64,000 nt of DNA. Source: Candidatus Latescibacterota bacterium. GTDB lineage: Bacteria > Krumholzibacteriota > Krumholzibacteriia > Krumholzibacteriales > Krumholzibacteriaceae. Made by a program: the position numbers and the translations under genes. This document shows, in pieces, positions 28,001 to 36,356 of the stretch. The stretch lies in contig JAHOYU010000077.1 in NCBI GenBank assembly GCA_019038625.1, forward strand, positions 3,703 through 67,702, read 5' to 3'. Position 1 is the stretch's first letter. Each line of letters starts with the position of its first letter. The notes beneath the pieces were generated by a model. It did not search any database and was not told where the DNA came from. It saw only the letters and a list, made by a program, of their open reading frames with translations.

Positions 28001-28622
28001 CCTTTAAGAAGTCCCTTACGCGCCTTGCCCCTATTTCAAGGGCACCCTCTCCTTCAACCTGTTCTGCTACCGCGTGCGTTATGGCAAACGGAATACTCGC
28101 TACGTCGAGGACACCTGCGGTCAATCCCTCGGCCAGTGATTCCATATACCCTTGTGGGTCGGCTATAGATCGTTGATCTTCTGGCATCTGCTCAACCACA
28201 CCACCGGCTTCAGGCATTACCGGGAGTTCGGACACGGTATCATACGGCTCCGGCTCCAAGCCTACGATATCCGCAATACCAGACTCTTGCGCGGCGGCAG
28301 CCAATTCCTTGTCGGCCTCTAACGAGAACCGATCCGGTTCAGCCGCTACCGCTGTTTCTGGAAATAGTGGGCGCTGCCCTTCGACCATAGCCTGATGCGC
28401 CTCGGTAAGCTGGTCACCGGCCATAGGATTAGGGAGATACTTATTAAGGAAGTGATCTTTAATGCGTGTCTGGTCTTCTGCGGCAATAGAATTAAAACGG
28501 TTATCTGCAATATTATTATCGAAATACTTCATAACTATCGCAGACTGTTGTTCGTGGGGCAACCTGATAAACCGTTCATCCCGCTGCCACTTATTGATTA
28601 ATCTGCTCAGGCGATCAGGCAT
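22086..28622 (-). CDS. giant 2178-aa protein with an internal ParB/Srx-like nuclease domain; probably an ejected internal-virion or polyvalent protein
   Basis: Single uninterrupted ORF. N-terminal region with Gly/Ala-rich hydrophobic segments; 300 aa of E/K/A-rich low complexity; ParB-like motif NPLIVAIEDKGPYILEGGHRFDALAMLG at about 26200-26360; HEVVAHYG motif; about 1000-aa C-terminal globular region. It sits in the slot occupied by large ejection proteins in podovirus-like gene orders. Confidence 0.6.
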   Translation of the reverse strand: MPDRLSRLINKWQRDERFIRLPHEQQSAIVMKYFDNNIADNRFNSIAAEDQTRIKDHFLNKYLPNPMAGDQLTEAHQAMVEGQRPLFPETAVAAEPDRFSLEADKELAAAAQESGIADIVGLEPEPYDTVSELPVMPEAGGVVEQMPEDQRSIADPQGYMESLAEGLTAGVLDVASIPFAITHAVAEQVEGEGALEIGARRVRDFLKEKAEEHPMAKELQGKNLWDNPEIILDPRFTLYGVGNMAPSFLAAMLPGAAALRFGKLAATAIGGISAGMMEGANTYGESRERGNEPDEAFKDMMLMTVGSAVLNQIGFTAIFSKYKGKKLVMATVAALTEGATEYAEEPLEAEILGMEGAEYRQKMKDGLAVIGPAMIMGGGGSAVSGYIQKAQENRVKALEEEQGKGDLGLEQEEQLIRERKIRDDMQAAVKEKLEAEKTVEGDKAKQPFTKELGPEVEAEVSAEEAEALIEDEELAVAEEPPTKPVTEKEVKVKKEVEKPKEEPTAKKPAETADELESDLNKMFGEEVTTEKPAEAAEEVIAEEPVKEVAEEEKAAEKPEEPAKEEVSALAAEEKRKAEEKEPATEIEKKLAKAVEAEAEITDDTRKFIEDKVSKLGTVEAVDELYKSDKPVDVYAREHAREVFEEKAEEKEEEAQAEVAPEPEVVAEEKGEEKAEAVEANIESVRAAPTTKDKLYGYTVRKAVPNMGSIESTYDEGEYEILPGVRDVSMDAFTVAEDVNKPSHSATENERIRKLADEIKSNKEINPLIVAIEDKGPYILEGGHRFDALAMLGVKSFPAVIVDASTPPAKPEPAAPVTEAAGMKEEVKPVLDAAAIQAKKNDIREGEMILESGKNVIGKKMSKDALAAVARQVEKDKRKLTELEKSAPPVEDAPEQREEVKIEPELIFTSTGRPFKSQGAAQRKAKSLGEDYEAVKTFDGYAVRRSEIKEVREYAKKHGYRVVKINPMSPLGEKYAFRLEKDGAKMHARAFSDAKYLIDSREARLKKKPAAEEVKPTEKPPEGKLRFATREGKPAAKPKSVKFIEDAVKPLAAKIDVPVNTVQSVEDLPAQYQDAVKAEMEKGGVIRGFFDPTTEEMYLIADSLRQRKKAVSTVLHEVVAHYGLRRVLGSGIDEFYRKELIEHKKYKDEIQGIADRWNIPLEKAAEEMLAGQIEDGTVAPSLLDRLMAFIRRTLKAIGVRFAFSEAELRVLLDDALRASMGRKRAEREAGQPLFARTLDPVAIEKEIQQVSELLANLPPMRNGVSTENIQMRYLQKIAELERQMVAAEQGLRFARTDVSADLERTIPQIDDETNREKFVRVVVDKLNRIETIQKAYDVVPQTEDTRLAAELFPGRVSHELDKLEDFLTKGRKSFMVRLAQAGYSVGKLGGFMYAKHTAERRQAKYGEMIDDLNAQLEAGVITPEVAEKELAKLSARLEDRDDTFGAGISLNQAAVVLDRYEGTGIEEFADEFRKKIINVTLERYRDYGEITEEAYQKYKDQYNYYVPLKGKAGKKAYRGIGKGFSVSGKSIKRAHGRWSIADNPFVQAIVDYEQAVMREEKNKVASTFLEFVRNNPHPLWDAKEVFNPSTINEEGEIAFRDPASDYAHEIFAVKEEGKTIEVTIRDVVLARAMKSLGTESTVPIIGGALELFNTIQRGVITTFSPVFPIFNFIRDTPTATFHITSDHGFKLATKTLASLPAAINGVRGNIRSDADKGWAAEYEDLKATGGKVGWFDNKPLEQRIKQLERKVRSYTGKGRIVAPIKVLGQLIQDYNEMVESGIRLSVYHHLKGAGATKEVAASYAKNVTVNFNKKGEIGRILNSLYLFSNATIQGIARNLRTIGIPGKPKTAGQVRAQALIGLIIATAFLNELKNRMIDPDDWEEVADFQKDQNATWHLGGGRTLSVPLPYGLNVYWALGGLAAEMALGNNPDPVKLAARMVGAVADAASPVGGGPLTQIISPTALDLPVQLATNKTFFGGPVAPDQPAYGPKKPRHQLYFKGVRPSTREFTRWLAEKTATQRKPFGAADVSPEYIDHTINFLGGGIGKFVSNSVATGISLATDEKIETRFIPVMRRFYRKPYPGKSKQTVYGMLDDAATTVFTAGERERFKSAVDRAVADGSMEKKTAKSVKSRFIKEQRKINPELKAVPVRESPVFPKPPDPGKQLRKSLRDIGRIKK
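22087..22132. repeat. 46-bp direct repeat, copy 2 (3' end of the giant ORF, encoding ...PGKQLRKSLRDIGRIKK)
   Basis: Exact duplicate of 21938-21983. Confidence 0.7.
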
Positions 28623-28917
28623 TGAACGGCCTTATTGGGGGGTGGCACGATGACTAAAAAGTACTTAAGGCAACCCACGCTGGAGAAATCAAAATAGGGG
28701 ACACCATAATCCCTTGTGCAGTTTTGGAAGATGGCACAAGGTTACTCACACAACAAGGCTTTCTTGTTGCTATTGGTCGTTCAGGACAACCCGCAAAAGG
28801 GCGCGGGTCACAACTCGAAAAGATGGCCCTTTTTTTGGATATAAAAAACATAAGACCCTACGTAGACAAAGAGTTAGAGGATTCGAGTAAACCAGTTCTT
28901 TTCCAGTTATTTCATGC

Positions 28918-29148
28918 TCAAGGAAATTCTTCAGACATGCAACCTTGCTCTACGCGAGAAAGATGCCTAATGGTTCTTATCTCGTCCTGTAGAATGTTTG
29001 CAACTTCAGGTATGTGGTGTTGCGCCTTGACCCTTGATTGAATTAGCTTATATGCTTCAATGGCTACTTCGTGAAGGTCTTCGGATTTTGGCGAAGCGTC
29101 CACAATGTCCTCCTTGTTACTCATTGGAGTAGAATGCGATTCGTTCAT
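28918..29148 (-). CDS. small hypothetical protein (76 aa)
   Basis: AAGGGGGAC RBS before ATG, directly downstream of 29184-29999. Confidence 0.45.
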   Translation of the reverse strand: MNESHSTPMSNKEDIVDASPKSEDLHEVAIEAYKLIQSRVKAQHHIPEVANILQDEIRTIRHLSRVEQGCMSEEFP

Positions 29149-29183
29149 CTTGTCCCCCTTTGGGTACGTTAATTACAATCGCC

Positions 29184-29999
29184 CTATTTTAGCTCTATCC
29201 CAACTTCTTCTGCCAAAGTATCAAGTTCCGATCCCTCGTCTCCAGAAACCTCTTCACCAAATCCAATCCTTTCATCAACCATTTCTGCAATCTTTTTCTT
29301 ATCTTCGTCAGTGAGAGGCTTTGTGCCCGTGATTTCACGGTTGCCGTTTTCATCCGGTTCCCCCCAGGTATAAAGATCGTTCTCGTACCGGTAATCGCTA
29401 ACCGCGCTACTTAAAACATCTAACCGTTGTTTTGGAGTCAGTTTTTTCCCAGACTCATCCTTTTGATTGGCAAGCTTATTTTGCAATTCCTTATCTAATA
29501 CCATCATCCGGTTTGCGGCCCGTTCGTTCTCGATCCTGATTTGATTATTCGTCTTGAATGTCTCAAACCGATATTCTGCGGATTTATCCTCTACCGCTGC
29601 CATTAGCTTGGGATGTATCTCATTCCACTGCTCATCGGACATATTGGGATCAAGCTCAGGAATTTCCTGCGGGTTTACGCCCATTTCATCTATTGCATAC
29701 TGACGAAACTCCTGATATTGTTGCGCGTTCTCAACAAGCGGTAGACTTTTCATGGCCATGTTAAGCACGCGCCGGTTCGACTGGTATTGGTATTCCTTAT
29801 CCTCGCGCCCTTCTGTTATACCGCGCCTTGCCTTGTCGGCCTTGAGCTTATCTATCTGAAGACCGCCACGTTCAAGCGCCTGCTCGGACGCTGCCTGACG
29901 GATAGACCTGCCCTGCCTGGATGTCTTGATTGCCTCTGCCTGTTGCATTGCAGGGCCAAGAACTTGTCCCGTATCAAGCTGAGGAATTGCCATGATCAC
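29184..29999 (-). CDS. virion-associated protein (271 aa), possible internal or core protein
   Basis: Charged, helical-looking ORF in the structural block. Confidence 0.5.
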   Translation of the reverse strand: MIMAIPQLDTGQVLGPAMQQAEAIKTSRQGRSIRQAASEQALERGGLQIDKLKADKARRGITEGREDKEYQYQSNRRVLNMAMKSLPLVENAQQYQEFRQYAIDEMGVNPQEIPELDPNMSDEQWNEIHPKLMAAVEDKSAEYRFETFKTNNQIRIENERAANRMMVLDKELQNKLANQKDESGKKLTPKQRLDVLSSAVSDYRYENDLYTWGEPDENGNREITGTKPLTDEDKKKIAEMVDERIGFGEEVSGDEGSELDTLAEEVGIELK

Positions 30000-30002
30000 C
30001 CC

Positions 30003-30689
30003 TTATCCATATACTTTCTGGTTCACCGGATCAACAGTATTCCGGTTAAACTGGCTTCCGGCTGGCGTGGCCGCATCCGCCACACCGGCCACGCCCGTAT
30101 CCTCTTTCGCCAAATCGCGCAGGGTCACGTCTCTTGCCGTAGAGCGGGCAACGTTGGCTACGTTGATACCTGCCCCTGCGTAAGCCTCACCCTTGGCCAT
30201 CTCAGCGGATGCAATCTGACCAGCAGCAGCAGAACCAGCCGCCACCTGACCGGCAGCCGAAGCCTGACCGACACCGGCCATCTGCCTCAGAGGCTCAAGG
30301 CTTTGGTAATACCGGGCAAGAAAACGATCACGCTCATCGGTGGCATAATCTTGGCCGTAGCGCACAAGCTCTTTCCCGAACTTCCCGCTACCAAGTTCAC
30401 CTTTGGCCGAGGCCGCGCGTCTTGCGGCCTTTTCGCCCTCTTCCATTCTAAACTGGTAGCCTGGGCTTTCGGTAAACTCGCCGGGGCCAGCCTGTATTTT
30501 TTCATCATAGAGTTTAAGCGCATCCTCACCGGCAGCACGCCACGGCTGTAGGTCTGCCCTTGACTGTGCCGCAGCGTCACGGATAGTTGCCTGCGCCTTA
30601 GAAGCAGACTTTGCCTGAATCGCGGCTGATCCAGTAGCCGCAGCCGCACTTACACCCGCTGCTATTAACGTACTTGTAGCTACGGCCAT
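30003..30689 (-). CDS. virion-associated protein (228 aa), Ala/Gly-rich
   Basis: ORF in the structural block; low-complexity A/G-rich ends. Confidence 0.5.
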   Translation of the reverse strand: MAVATSTLIAAGVSAAAATGSAAIQAKSASKAQATIRDAAAQSRADLQPWRAAGEDALKLYDEKIQAGPGEFTESPGYQFRMEEGEKAARRAASAKGELGSGKFGKELVRYGQDYATDERDRFLARYYQSLEPLRQMAGVGQASAAGQVAAGSAAAGQIASAEMAKGEAYAGAGINVANVARSTARDVTLRDLAKEDTGVAGVADAATPAGSQFNRNTVDPVNQKVYG

Positions 30690-30690
30690 C

Positions 30691-31173
30691 TCACACCTTC
30701 TTGATAAGTAGATGCTCTAATGAAGTATAACCATTTCGGGCATAGTAGCGCAATAAGACCCGCTCTCTGGGGTTGTCATGCGTTCCCATAATACAGAATT
30801 GCGCTCCTGCGGCCTTTGCCGTAGACTCAAACTGTTCCAATAGCCAGTGTTCAACGCCGCTACCTCGATGATCTTTCGCAACATACCACCAAGCTTCCTG
30901 GCAAACCGACTGCTCTCTGCACAGCAGCCACGGACTGATAGTACCGGCAATCGTACCCACCACCTCATTATTATCACCAATGGCGAGTATCAGGATGCCA
31001 AAGTCATTGTTAATCAAAAGCTTTATAGTCTCAAGCAGGCTGAACGCATTGGCATCAAGCCCCTTATCCTTCAGCGTAGTCTCATTGTAGAACGCCGCAC
31101 CAAGACCAATCAGTTGCGTCAGATACGGCTCAACCATCCCATCGCTGACGATATTTATAATCCGGTAGTTCAT
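30691..31173 (-). CDS. GNAT-family N-acetyltransferase
   Basis: Motif A-like ...AKDHRGSGVEHWLLEQFESTAKAAG (R-x-x-G-x-G) and overall GNAT pattern. Embedded between tail genes. Confidence 0.6.
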   Translation of the reverse strand: MNYRIINIVSDGMVEPYLTQLIGLGAAFYNETTLKDKGLDANAFSLLETIKLLINNDFGILILAIGDNNEVVGTIAGTISPWLLCREQSVCQEAWWYVAKDHRGSGVEHWLLEQFESTAKAAGAQFCIMGTHDNPRERVLLRYYARNGYTSLEHLLIKKV

Positions 31174-31196
31174 TTAAGTATCCACAACGATTGTCT

Positions 31197-33455
31197 TTAT
31201 GAATCAACGGCTATGGTGCCTACAAATCCATCGCCGAATTTTACTTTTAGATTGCCATCGGCGCTATTGCCGTATATTTGTATGACTCCACTTATTGTAT
31301 CCGGCTCGGTTACGCCATCGGTGACACAGATGATGTCTGTCCGAACCTTGCCCGCTTTATCCCACGAGAATTCGGTGCCAAGGGTCGTTACTTTGATTGT
31401 GCTTTCGGTCGGGGGTGTAGGCAAGGTGCCGCGCGTTCGCCTGATGCGTATCCAGTAGTAGTCCACTACATTGTCACCCGCGCCCGTAACTTCGTTGACC
31501 GTCCGCACTCCCCAGTCGGTCAGGTTGTCTTTATCAAAGGTGATAGCTCCAGAGTTCTGGAAGCCTGATGTGCTATCGTCTGGAGTGAAAGCGTGCCAAG
31601 TTCCAGCATCCTTGACATACTCAAATGTCGGGATAATGGTATGGCTTGCTGGCGTGACAAGGATCGCATTTATCTCGTCCCACTTCGCTGCCGCCGCTAT
31701 GTAGATATAGTCGTCGTCACTTGGGAAGAGCTGGACGTTTGTTCCAGAATCCCCGAAAGCAGTAGTCCGATCCGTGTAAGTATCCGTATCATAAGAAAAC
31801 GCGGCGGTTATGGAAGCCAGCGTCCCAAGATGCTGGTGAATAACATCAACATTGCCGTTAGAGCCAACGGCAGCTACGTTCATATCGGTGTTGGCCGTGT
31901 CTGTTACACTCACGCTAAGGCCATGAACATCACCTGCCGTGGCTCCCGCGTTATCTACCAGGACGCAGTTAGCGTGTCCTACCTTGGCAGCATCATCAAA
32001 GGCTGTAGCATCGAAGTTTACGCTATTCCCACATATTCCAGAGTAAATATCCGCGTCCACTTCCAGAAAAACGGCGCGATGATTGTCCTTCCCGGCGGTT
32101 ATGAGATAGTGAAGTGCGTGATCGTTATTGGCTTCATCACAATGCACCTTGAATGAAGCCCCGGCATTTACACCAATATGAAAATGCACATCCCCATTAT
32201 CAAGCACGAACATAAGAGGATGGTTAATTACCACGAAGTCCACGCCAGTCAGGTCATCTGGAGAAGCCGCTCCGGTCGAGTCTAAAGAGATAGTAATCGT
32301 AGTCTCTTCTACTGCGATAATCTCTCCGGTTGCCCCAATATAAGAAGCATCGCTTGCATCCGTTATTCTAAGCACATCTCCTACTACCACACCGTCAGTT
32401 ACAAATGTTTCTCCGGCTTTAAGAAACGTGAATGTAGCGGCAGTGAAAGTAGCGGCTATATCATACCATAAGGTTTTCGTCTTGGCATACTCCCGCATCA
32501 GGAGAGAGGGTCCATACTTATTGGCAATCGCGTACATCCCGTTACCCCAGTAACAACCGCCATCATTTGAGAATAGATCACCCTCGCTCCCAAAGAATCC
32601 AGTGGAATCGGCATCGTCCCCCAATTGCACGTTCTCGTGGAATGTCACTTTCTTAGCAGCATCCACGGTCATCACGACCACCCACGCCCCTGTAGCATAC
32701 GACTCAAGAGTGAACCCGGCAGCCGTCTTGCTGGCCACCAAGCGCCACTTGTCGGCGTTATCGTCACCTTCGTCGGCACTCAGGTAGATAATCCCGTCCG
32801 TATCCTCGGCACCCTTGACCGTCAGATCATCGCTCGTTACAAGCGTACCGCCCACGGTAGCATTGCCCGCAATTGTCGCCGTGGCACCGCCTACGTCTCC
32901 TACTACATCAAGATCACCACCAACGTCAGCATTGCCGGTAATATTGGCGGTTGCGCTCTCCATTTCCCCTGTTACATCAAGAGACGCGCCAGTTATGGCC
33001 CCAGCTATCGTCGCCGTAGCTCCAGCAACGTCGCCGGTCACATCAAGGTCTCCTCCTACATCCGCATCGCCAGTGACATTCAGGGTCGCGCTCTCCACCT
33101 CGCCAGTAACATCAAGCGAATCACCGGTTATCGCGGCACCTGAAATATCACCGTCAATACTCGCATCACCATCGGCTTCAATATTACGGCCCGCCAGAAC
33201 GTCCCGTTCCGCGATCACATCCTTGCCAGACTTGATGTCGCCCAGATCAGAGGTAGTAATATCATTCTTAACCTCAAGGCTATTGAGCGACAGATCACTA
33301 TCAATACCGGTTGCGGTTTCAACCGCTTCAGTGGTATCAGATAACTCTCTTACTATGGCCCCAAACCACTCCTGCCACGCCACGGACATAATGGTCTTTT
33401 CTTCATCCTCGAAGAAGGGCGTTTCAATCGGTGGCTCTATGAACTGGTTGGCCAT
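31197..33455 (-). CDS. large tail or structural protein (752 aa) with tandem 45-aa repeats
   Basis: Repeats AITG(D/A)SLDVTGE.ESAT.N.TG.ADVGGDLDV.GDV.GATATIAG occur twice, then a beta-rich body. Confidence 0.55.
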   Translation of the reverse strand: MANQFIEPPIETPFFEDEEKTIMSVAWQEWFGAIVRELSDTTEAVETATGIDSDLSLNSLEVKNDITTSDLGDIKSGKDVIAERDVLAGRNIEADGDASIDGDISGAAITGDSLDVTGEVESATLNVTGDADVGGDLDVTGDVAGATATIAGAITGASLDVTGEMESATANITGNADVGGDLDVVGDVGGATATIAGNATVGGTLVTSDDLTVKGAEDTDGIIYLSADEGDDNADKWRLVASKTAAGFTLESYATGAWVVVMTVDAAKKVTFHENVQLGDDADSTGFFGSEGDLFSNDGGCYWGNGMYAIANKYGPSLLMREYAKTKTLWYDIAATFTAATFTFLKAGETFVTDGVVVGDVLRITDASDASYIGATGEIIAVEETTITISLDSTGAASPDDLTGVDFVVINHPLMFVLDNGDVHFHIGVNAGASFKVHCDEANNDHALHYLITAGKDNHRAVFLEVDADIYSGICGNSVNFDATAFDDAAKVGHANCVLVDNAGATAGDVHGLSVSVTDTANTDMNVAAVGSNGNVDVIHQHLGTLASITAAFSYDTDTYTDRTTAFGDSGTNVQLFPSDDDYIYIAAAAKWDEINAILVTPASHTIIPTFEYVKDAGTWHAFTPDDSTSGFQNSGAITFDKDNLTDWGVRTVNEVTGAGDNVVDYYWIRIRRTRGTLPTPPTESTIKVTTLGTEFSWDKAGKVRTDIICVTDGVTEPDTISGVIQIYGNSADGNLKVKFGDGFVGTIAVDS
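32865..33134 (-). repeat. tandem 135-bp coding repeat (two units) inside the 752-aa gene
   Basis: Two consecutive 45-aa units are near-identical at protein and DNA level. Confidence 0.55.
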
Positions 33456-35296
33456 CAGTGATACCCGCCTTCATAGCCAATAAATCCGGCCACCATTACA
33501 GTTTTGATTGGGTCGGATATAGTAAACCTTAACCCGATTGTTCGCGCACTGCCAAGTTGGAACCAACGTGCCCTTGCCTCATATTCGCCAAGAGCGCCAA
33601 TATCGGTTATCCGTGGAGGGTTCCAGCTTTTACCACCGTTATATGATAGCTCCACCATTGCCTCTGGAGAACTACCCTGGCCACTTACCGCACCAGTACC
33701 AGGCTCCATCTCAAGTTCTACCTCTTTGACGATTATCCTGTACCTGTCATTAATCACATTAGGCACTGTCCTTTGCCTGATGACAGTATTGCCATCCTCG
33801 GTATAAACATCCGGGTCAAGGTAGTAAATCTTGTTATTCCGGTAATCGCCTACGAGATGATAATTCTCGAACAGGGCATAAGTGTTTCCGCGATGCCTGC
33901 CGTACCCGTCTATGTTGTCCTTCCAGCTTTTACGCTCATGCCATTCCTCTTCGGTGAAATCATAGCTGAATGTAACATCGTCTGTCGGGAAGCTTATCAC
34001 GTAGAATTCGTGGCCGCCTTGGCCGTAGGAGAACGACACTGCATCATCCACCTTACTCAACGCTTCCATTCTCGCAACCGTCTGGGGCGTAGATATATCA
34101 ACTGCGCTCATCCCTATGGCGGAATAGACATGCTTGTTATGGCCAAGCCACGTAAGTCTTTCTTGAAGGGCAGACACAGACCACTTCGCACCAAGTCCTA
34201 TTTCGAGATTACCGCCAGAACGGCGCTTGAACACAAGTTCAGCATCTCCGCTATTATAAAATACTTCCGTGCTTTTCTTCTTCCACACCCACAGGTTGCG
34301 CTTGTGGCTCAATATGCGTAGCGTATCAGTCGGCTTGACCTCTGCCCTGGCCACATCGAGAGCATTCCAGATGAGGCCGTTGTTTACCGCACTATGGAAA
34401 AAGTCGGGGCTATTCGGCCTGCCGGATATAAAAAAACCGTCCTGCGCGGTGCCACTCAGGCCACCCAAGAAGCTATAGTCGCTTTCATCAAGGCGCGTAA
34501 ACGAACCGCTTGAATCATCATACACGTATCCCGCGATAGTCCCGTCACAGATGAATAACTGCCTCCCCCCCACTAAGTTCCAGATGGAAGACATATCAAC
34601 AAGCCCGGCCTTCGTGGCCATAGGAGTATTGGCATTAATGGTGGTCACCGTGAAGTCGCTGTCTATTCTCTTCAGCAACGGCCCATGCACAACATACAGG
34701 TAATCGCCCATTATGTGCATACCGCGCATACTATAGTTTAGATTGATAACCTGGGTAAGGCTCACATCGCCCATTACGAGGGCTAAACTTGCAGTTGCAG
34801 TAAACTTAACACCACCAGAAGCACCGGCCACTATGTCCATCGTATACGTACCGGGACTCACCACAGGATCGCCATCCGTACCCGCAACAGATGGGACAAG
34901 AACCCCGCCGCTGATAGTAACTACGGTGAATGTCAGACGATGAGTTTCATCTTCTTCTGGCGCGGTCGCACCAACCATTTGGGCAACAGTTTGTTCGGTA
35001 TTATCCGCACTACCGCCTGCCGCCCTTCTGAGCTTATCACTTGAGATAGTCCATTGACCAGAACCTTTTGTCCAATCGGAATCGGCAGAAAAATCACCAC
35101 TTGTAATCTGGTCAGACTGTAGGTCGGTTTCTGTAAGATCGAGTTTTTCCACAAGGCCGGGAGTATTAATAAGCGCATCACGACCCCGCCCACGATCACG
35201 CTCAAGAAACATATTGACCGTGCGCTGTGGGTCGGCGTATACGCTTATACCCTCGCGGCTTCCGCCAACGAGAGGGATTTCTTTTCTCTGCGTCAT
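33455..35296 (-). CDS. large tail or structural protein (613 aa)
   Basis: Shares the domain FTV.(T/S)ISGG.(L/T).PS.AGT.G..VS..G....DIVAGASGGV.F with the 494-aa protein at 37526-39010. Confidence 0.5.
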   Translation of the reverse strand: MTQRKEIPLVGGSREGISVYADPQRTVNMFLERDRGRGRDALINTPGLVEKLDLTETDLQSDQITSGDFSADSDWTKGSGQWTISSDKLRRAAGGSADNTEQTVAQMVGATAPEEDETHRLTFTVVTISGGVLVPSVAGTDGDPVVSPGTYTMDIVAGASGGVKFTATASLALVMGDVSLTQVINLNYSMRGMHIMGDYLYVVHGPLLKRIDSDFTVTTINANTPMATKAGLVDMSSIWNLVGGRQLFICDGTIAGYVYDDSSGSFTRLDESDYSFLGGLSGTAQDGFFISGRPNSPDFFHSAVNNGLIWNALDVARAEVKPTDTLRILSHKRNLWVWKKKSTEVFYNSGDAELVFKRRSGGNLEIGLGAKWSVSALQERLTWLGHNKHVYSAIGMSAVDISTPQTVARMEALSKVDDAVSFSYGQGGHEFYVISFPTDDVTFSYDFTEEEWHERKSWKDNIDGYGRHRGNTYALFENYHLVGDYRNNKIYYLDPDVYTEDGNTVIRQRTVPNVINDRYRIIVKEVELEMEPGTGAVSGQGSSPEAMVELSYNGGKSWNPPRITDIGALGEYEARARWFQLGSARTIGLRFTISDPIKTVMVAGFIGYEGGYH

Positions 35297-35307
35297 ATAG
35301 ATAGTCT

Positions 35308-36315
35308 TTAGTTGGTGTTGTCAGCAACCTGCTCGTTAACAACTGCCTTTGGAGAAGCCTGTGAATCGCTTGCCACGCTGCTGCTATTAAGCGCTCTTAA
35401 GAACGCCCGACTCTCCGAAGCCCTACTCGCAAGCCACTCTGGAACGGGAGCGCCGTATTCCGGGGCAAGTTCAATCGCAAGATTATACTTTAGCGCACGG
35501 AGAAATTCTTTAGGCAATAGGATGTCTGTAGAGCGCTCACTAACCAGGTAAGTTCTGAACGGCTGCCACAAATCAAGTTTTATCAAATCCGTGGCATCGG
35601 GGATATTGTCAAACCAAAGTGATCCGCTGTTTATCCCACGGTTATAATACATATTCTCCGGGGCGGCAGTGGACGCAAGGCCAGTAAGCTCTCTCATTCT
35701 TGTTCTGGCAATTATGCCAAGAGGGTCTTCTGCGCTACTTGTTTTAATGTTCGCCCACATGATCCTGTTAGGTCGTTGCATATTAAGCACTGTTGCGCTA
35801 CCTGCCGTCACGGCATCCGCAATGGCGGTCATGGTTATACTCGTAACGGTTTTGAACAGGAGATCGCTGTAGGCGTTACCAGCATTTGCACCCGTTACGT
35901 GATCTACCTGACCCTTGCCCTTCTCATTTGTGCCGGTAATGATGAAGGTGTTCCCGCTCTCATCGCCATCTGAAACCAAAATAACCTGTCTGGCAATATC
36001 CATTGTAGCAACGCTATCAGCAGCCAGGGCACCATCTATTGTAATACTCTCAGCAGCGGCGGCCTCAGTGCCTATGCCGTCAGCATCACCGCTGGCAACA
36101 TCGCTCTCCCCGATTGTATAGACCCTGCGGCCTACAACGAGAGGGAAATAGAACTCATCAAAATCATTCATTGCCAGCCGGTCGGCAGACCAGCTATCCA
36201 ACATATTATTAAGAGTCTCAATCCCATCATTGACCTTATTGGCCGGAGGCGGTTGTTCGGCATCATAAACTCCCAACTGCTGGAAGCTGGCCCTGACTAA
36301 TTCATATACAGTCAT
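35308..36315 (-). CDS. structural protein (335 aa), paralog of 36357-37334, carrying one copy of the FKTVTS module
   Basis: N-terminal similarity to the 325-aa neighbour. Contains TFIITGTNEKGKGQVDHVTGANAGNAYSDLLFKTVTSITM. Confidence 0.5.
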   Translation of the reverse strand: MTVYELVRASFQQLGVYDAEQPPPANKVNDGIETLNNMLDSWSADRLAMNDFDEFYFPLVVGRRVYTIGESDVASGDADGIGTEAAAAESITIDGALAADSVATMDIARQVILVSDGDESGNTFIITGTNEKGKGQVDHVTGANAGNAYSDLLFKTVTSITMTAIADAVTAGSATVLNMQRPNRIMWANIKTSSAEDPLGIIARTRMRELTGLASTAAPENMYYNRGINSGSLWFDNIPDATDLIKLDLWQPFRTYLVSERSTDILLPKEFLRALKYNLAIELAPEYGAPVPEWLASRASESRAFLRALNSSSVASDSQASPKAVVNEQVADNTN

Positions 36316-36356
36316 ATTTCTACCCTCGATAATGGGGATTTGAGTTAATAATTCCT

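Noticed and set aside
28654-29041. ORFs 28654-28851 (minus) and 28724-29041 (plus) in the gap upstream of the giant gene
   Set aside because: They have no convincing RBS and a composition unlike the neighbours. The region more likely holds the giant gene's promoter and hairpins (cccgcaaaagggcgcggg at about 28790-28810).
33504-34321. Plus-strand ORFs antisense to the 613-aa tail gene
   Set aside because: They sit on the opposite strand to a continuous, well-supported structural gene and lack translation signals.
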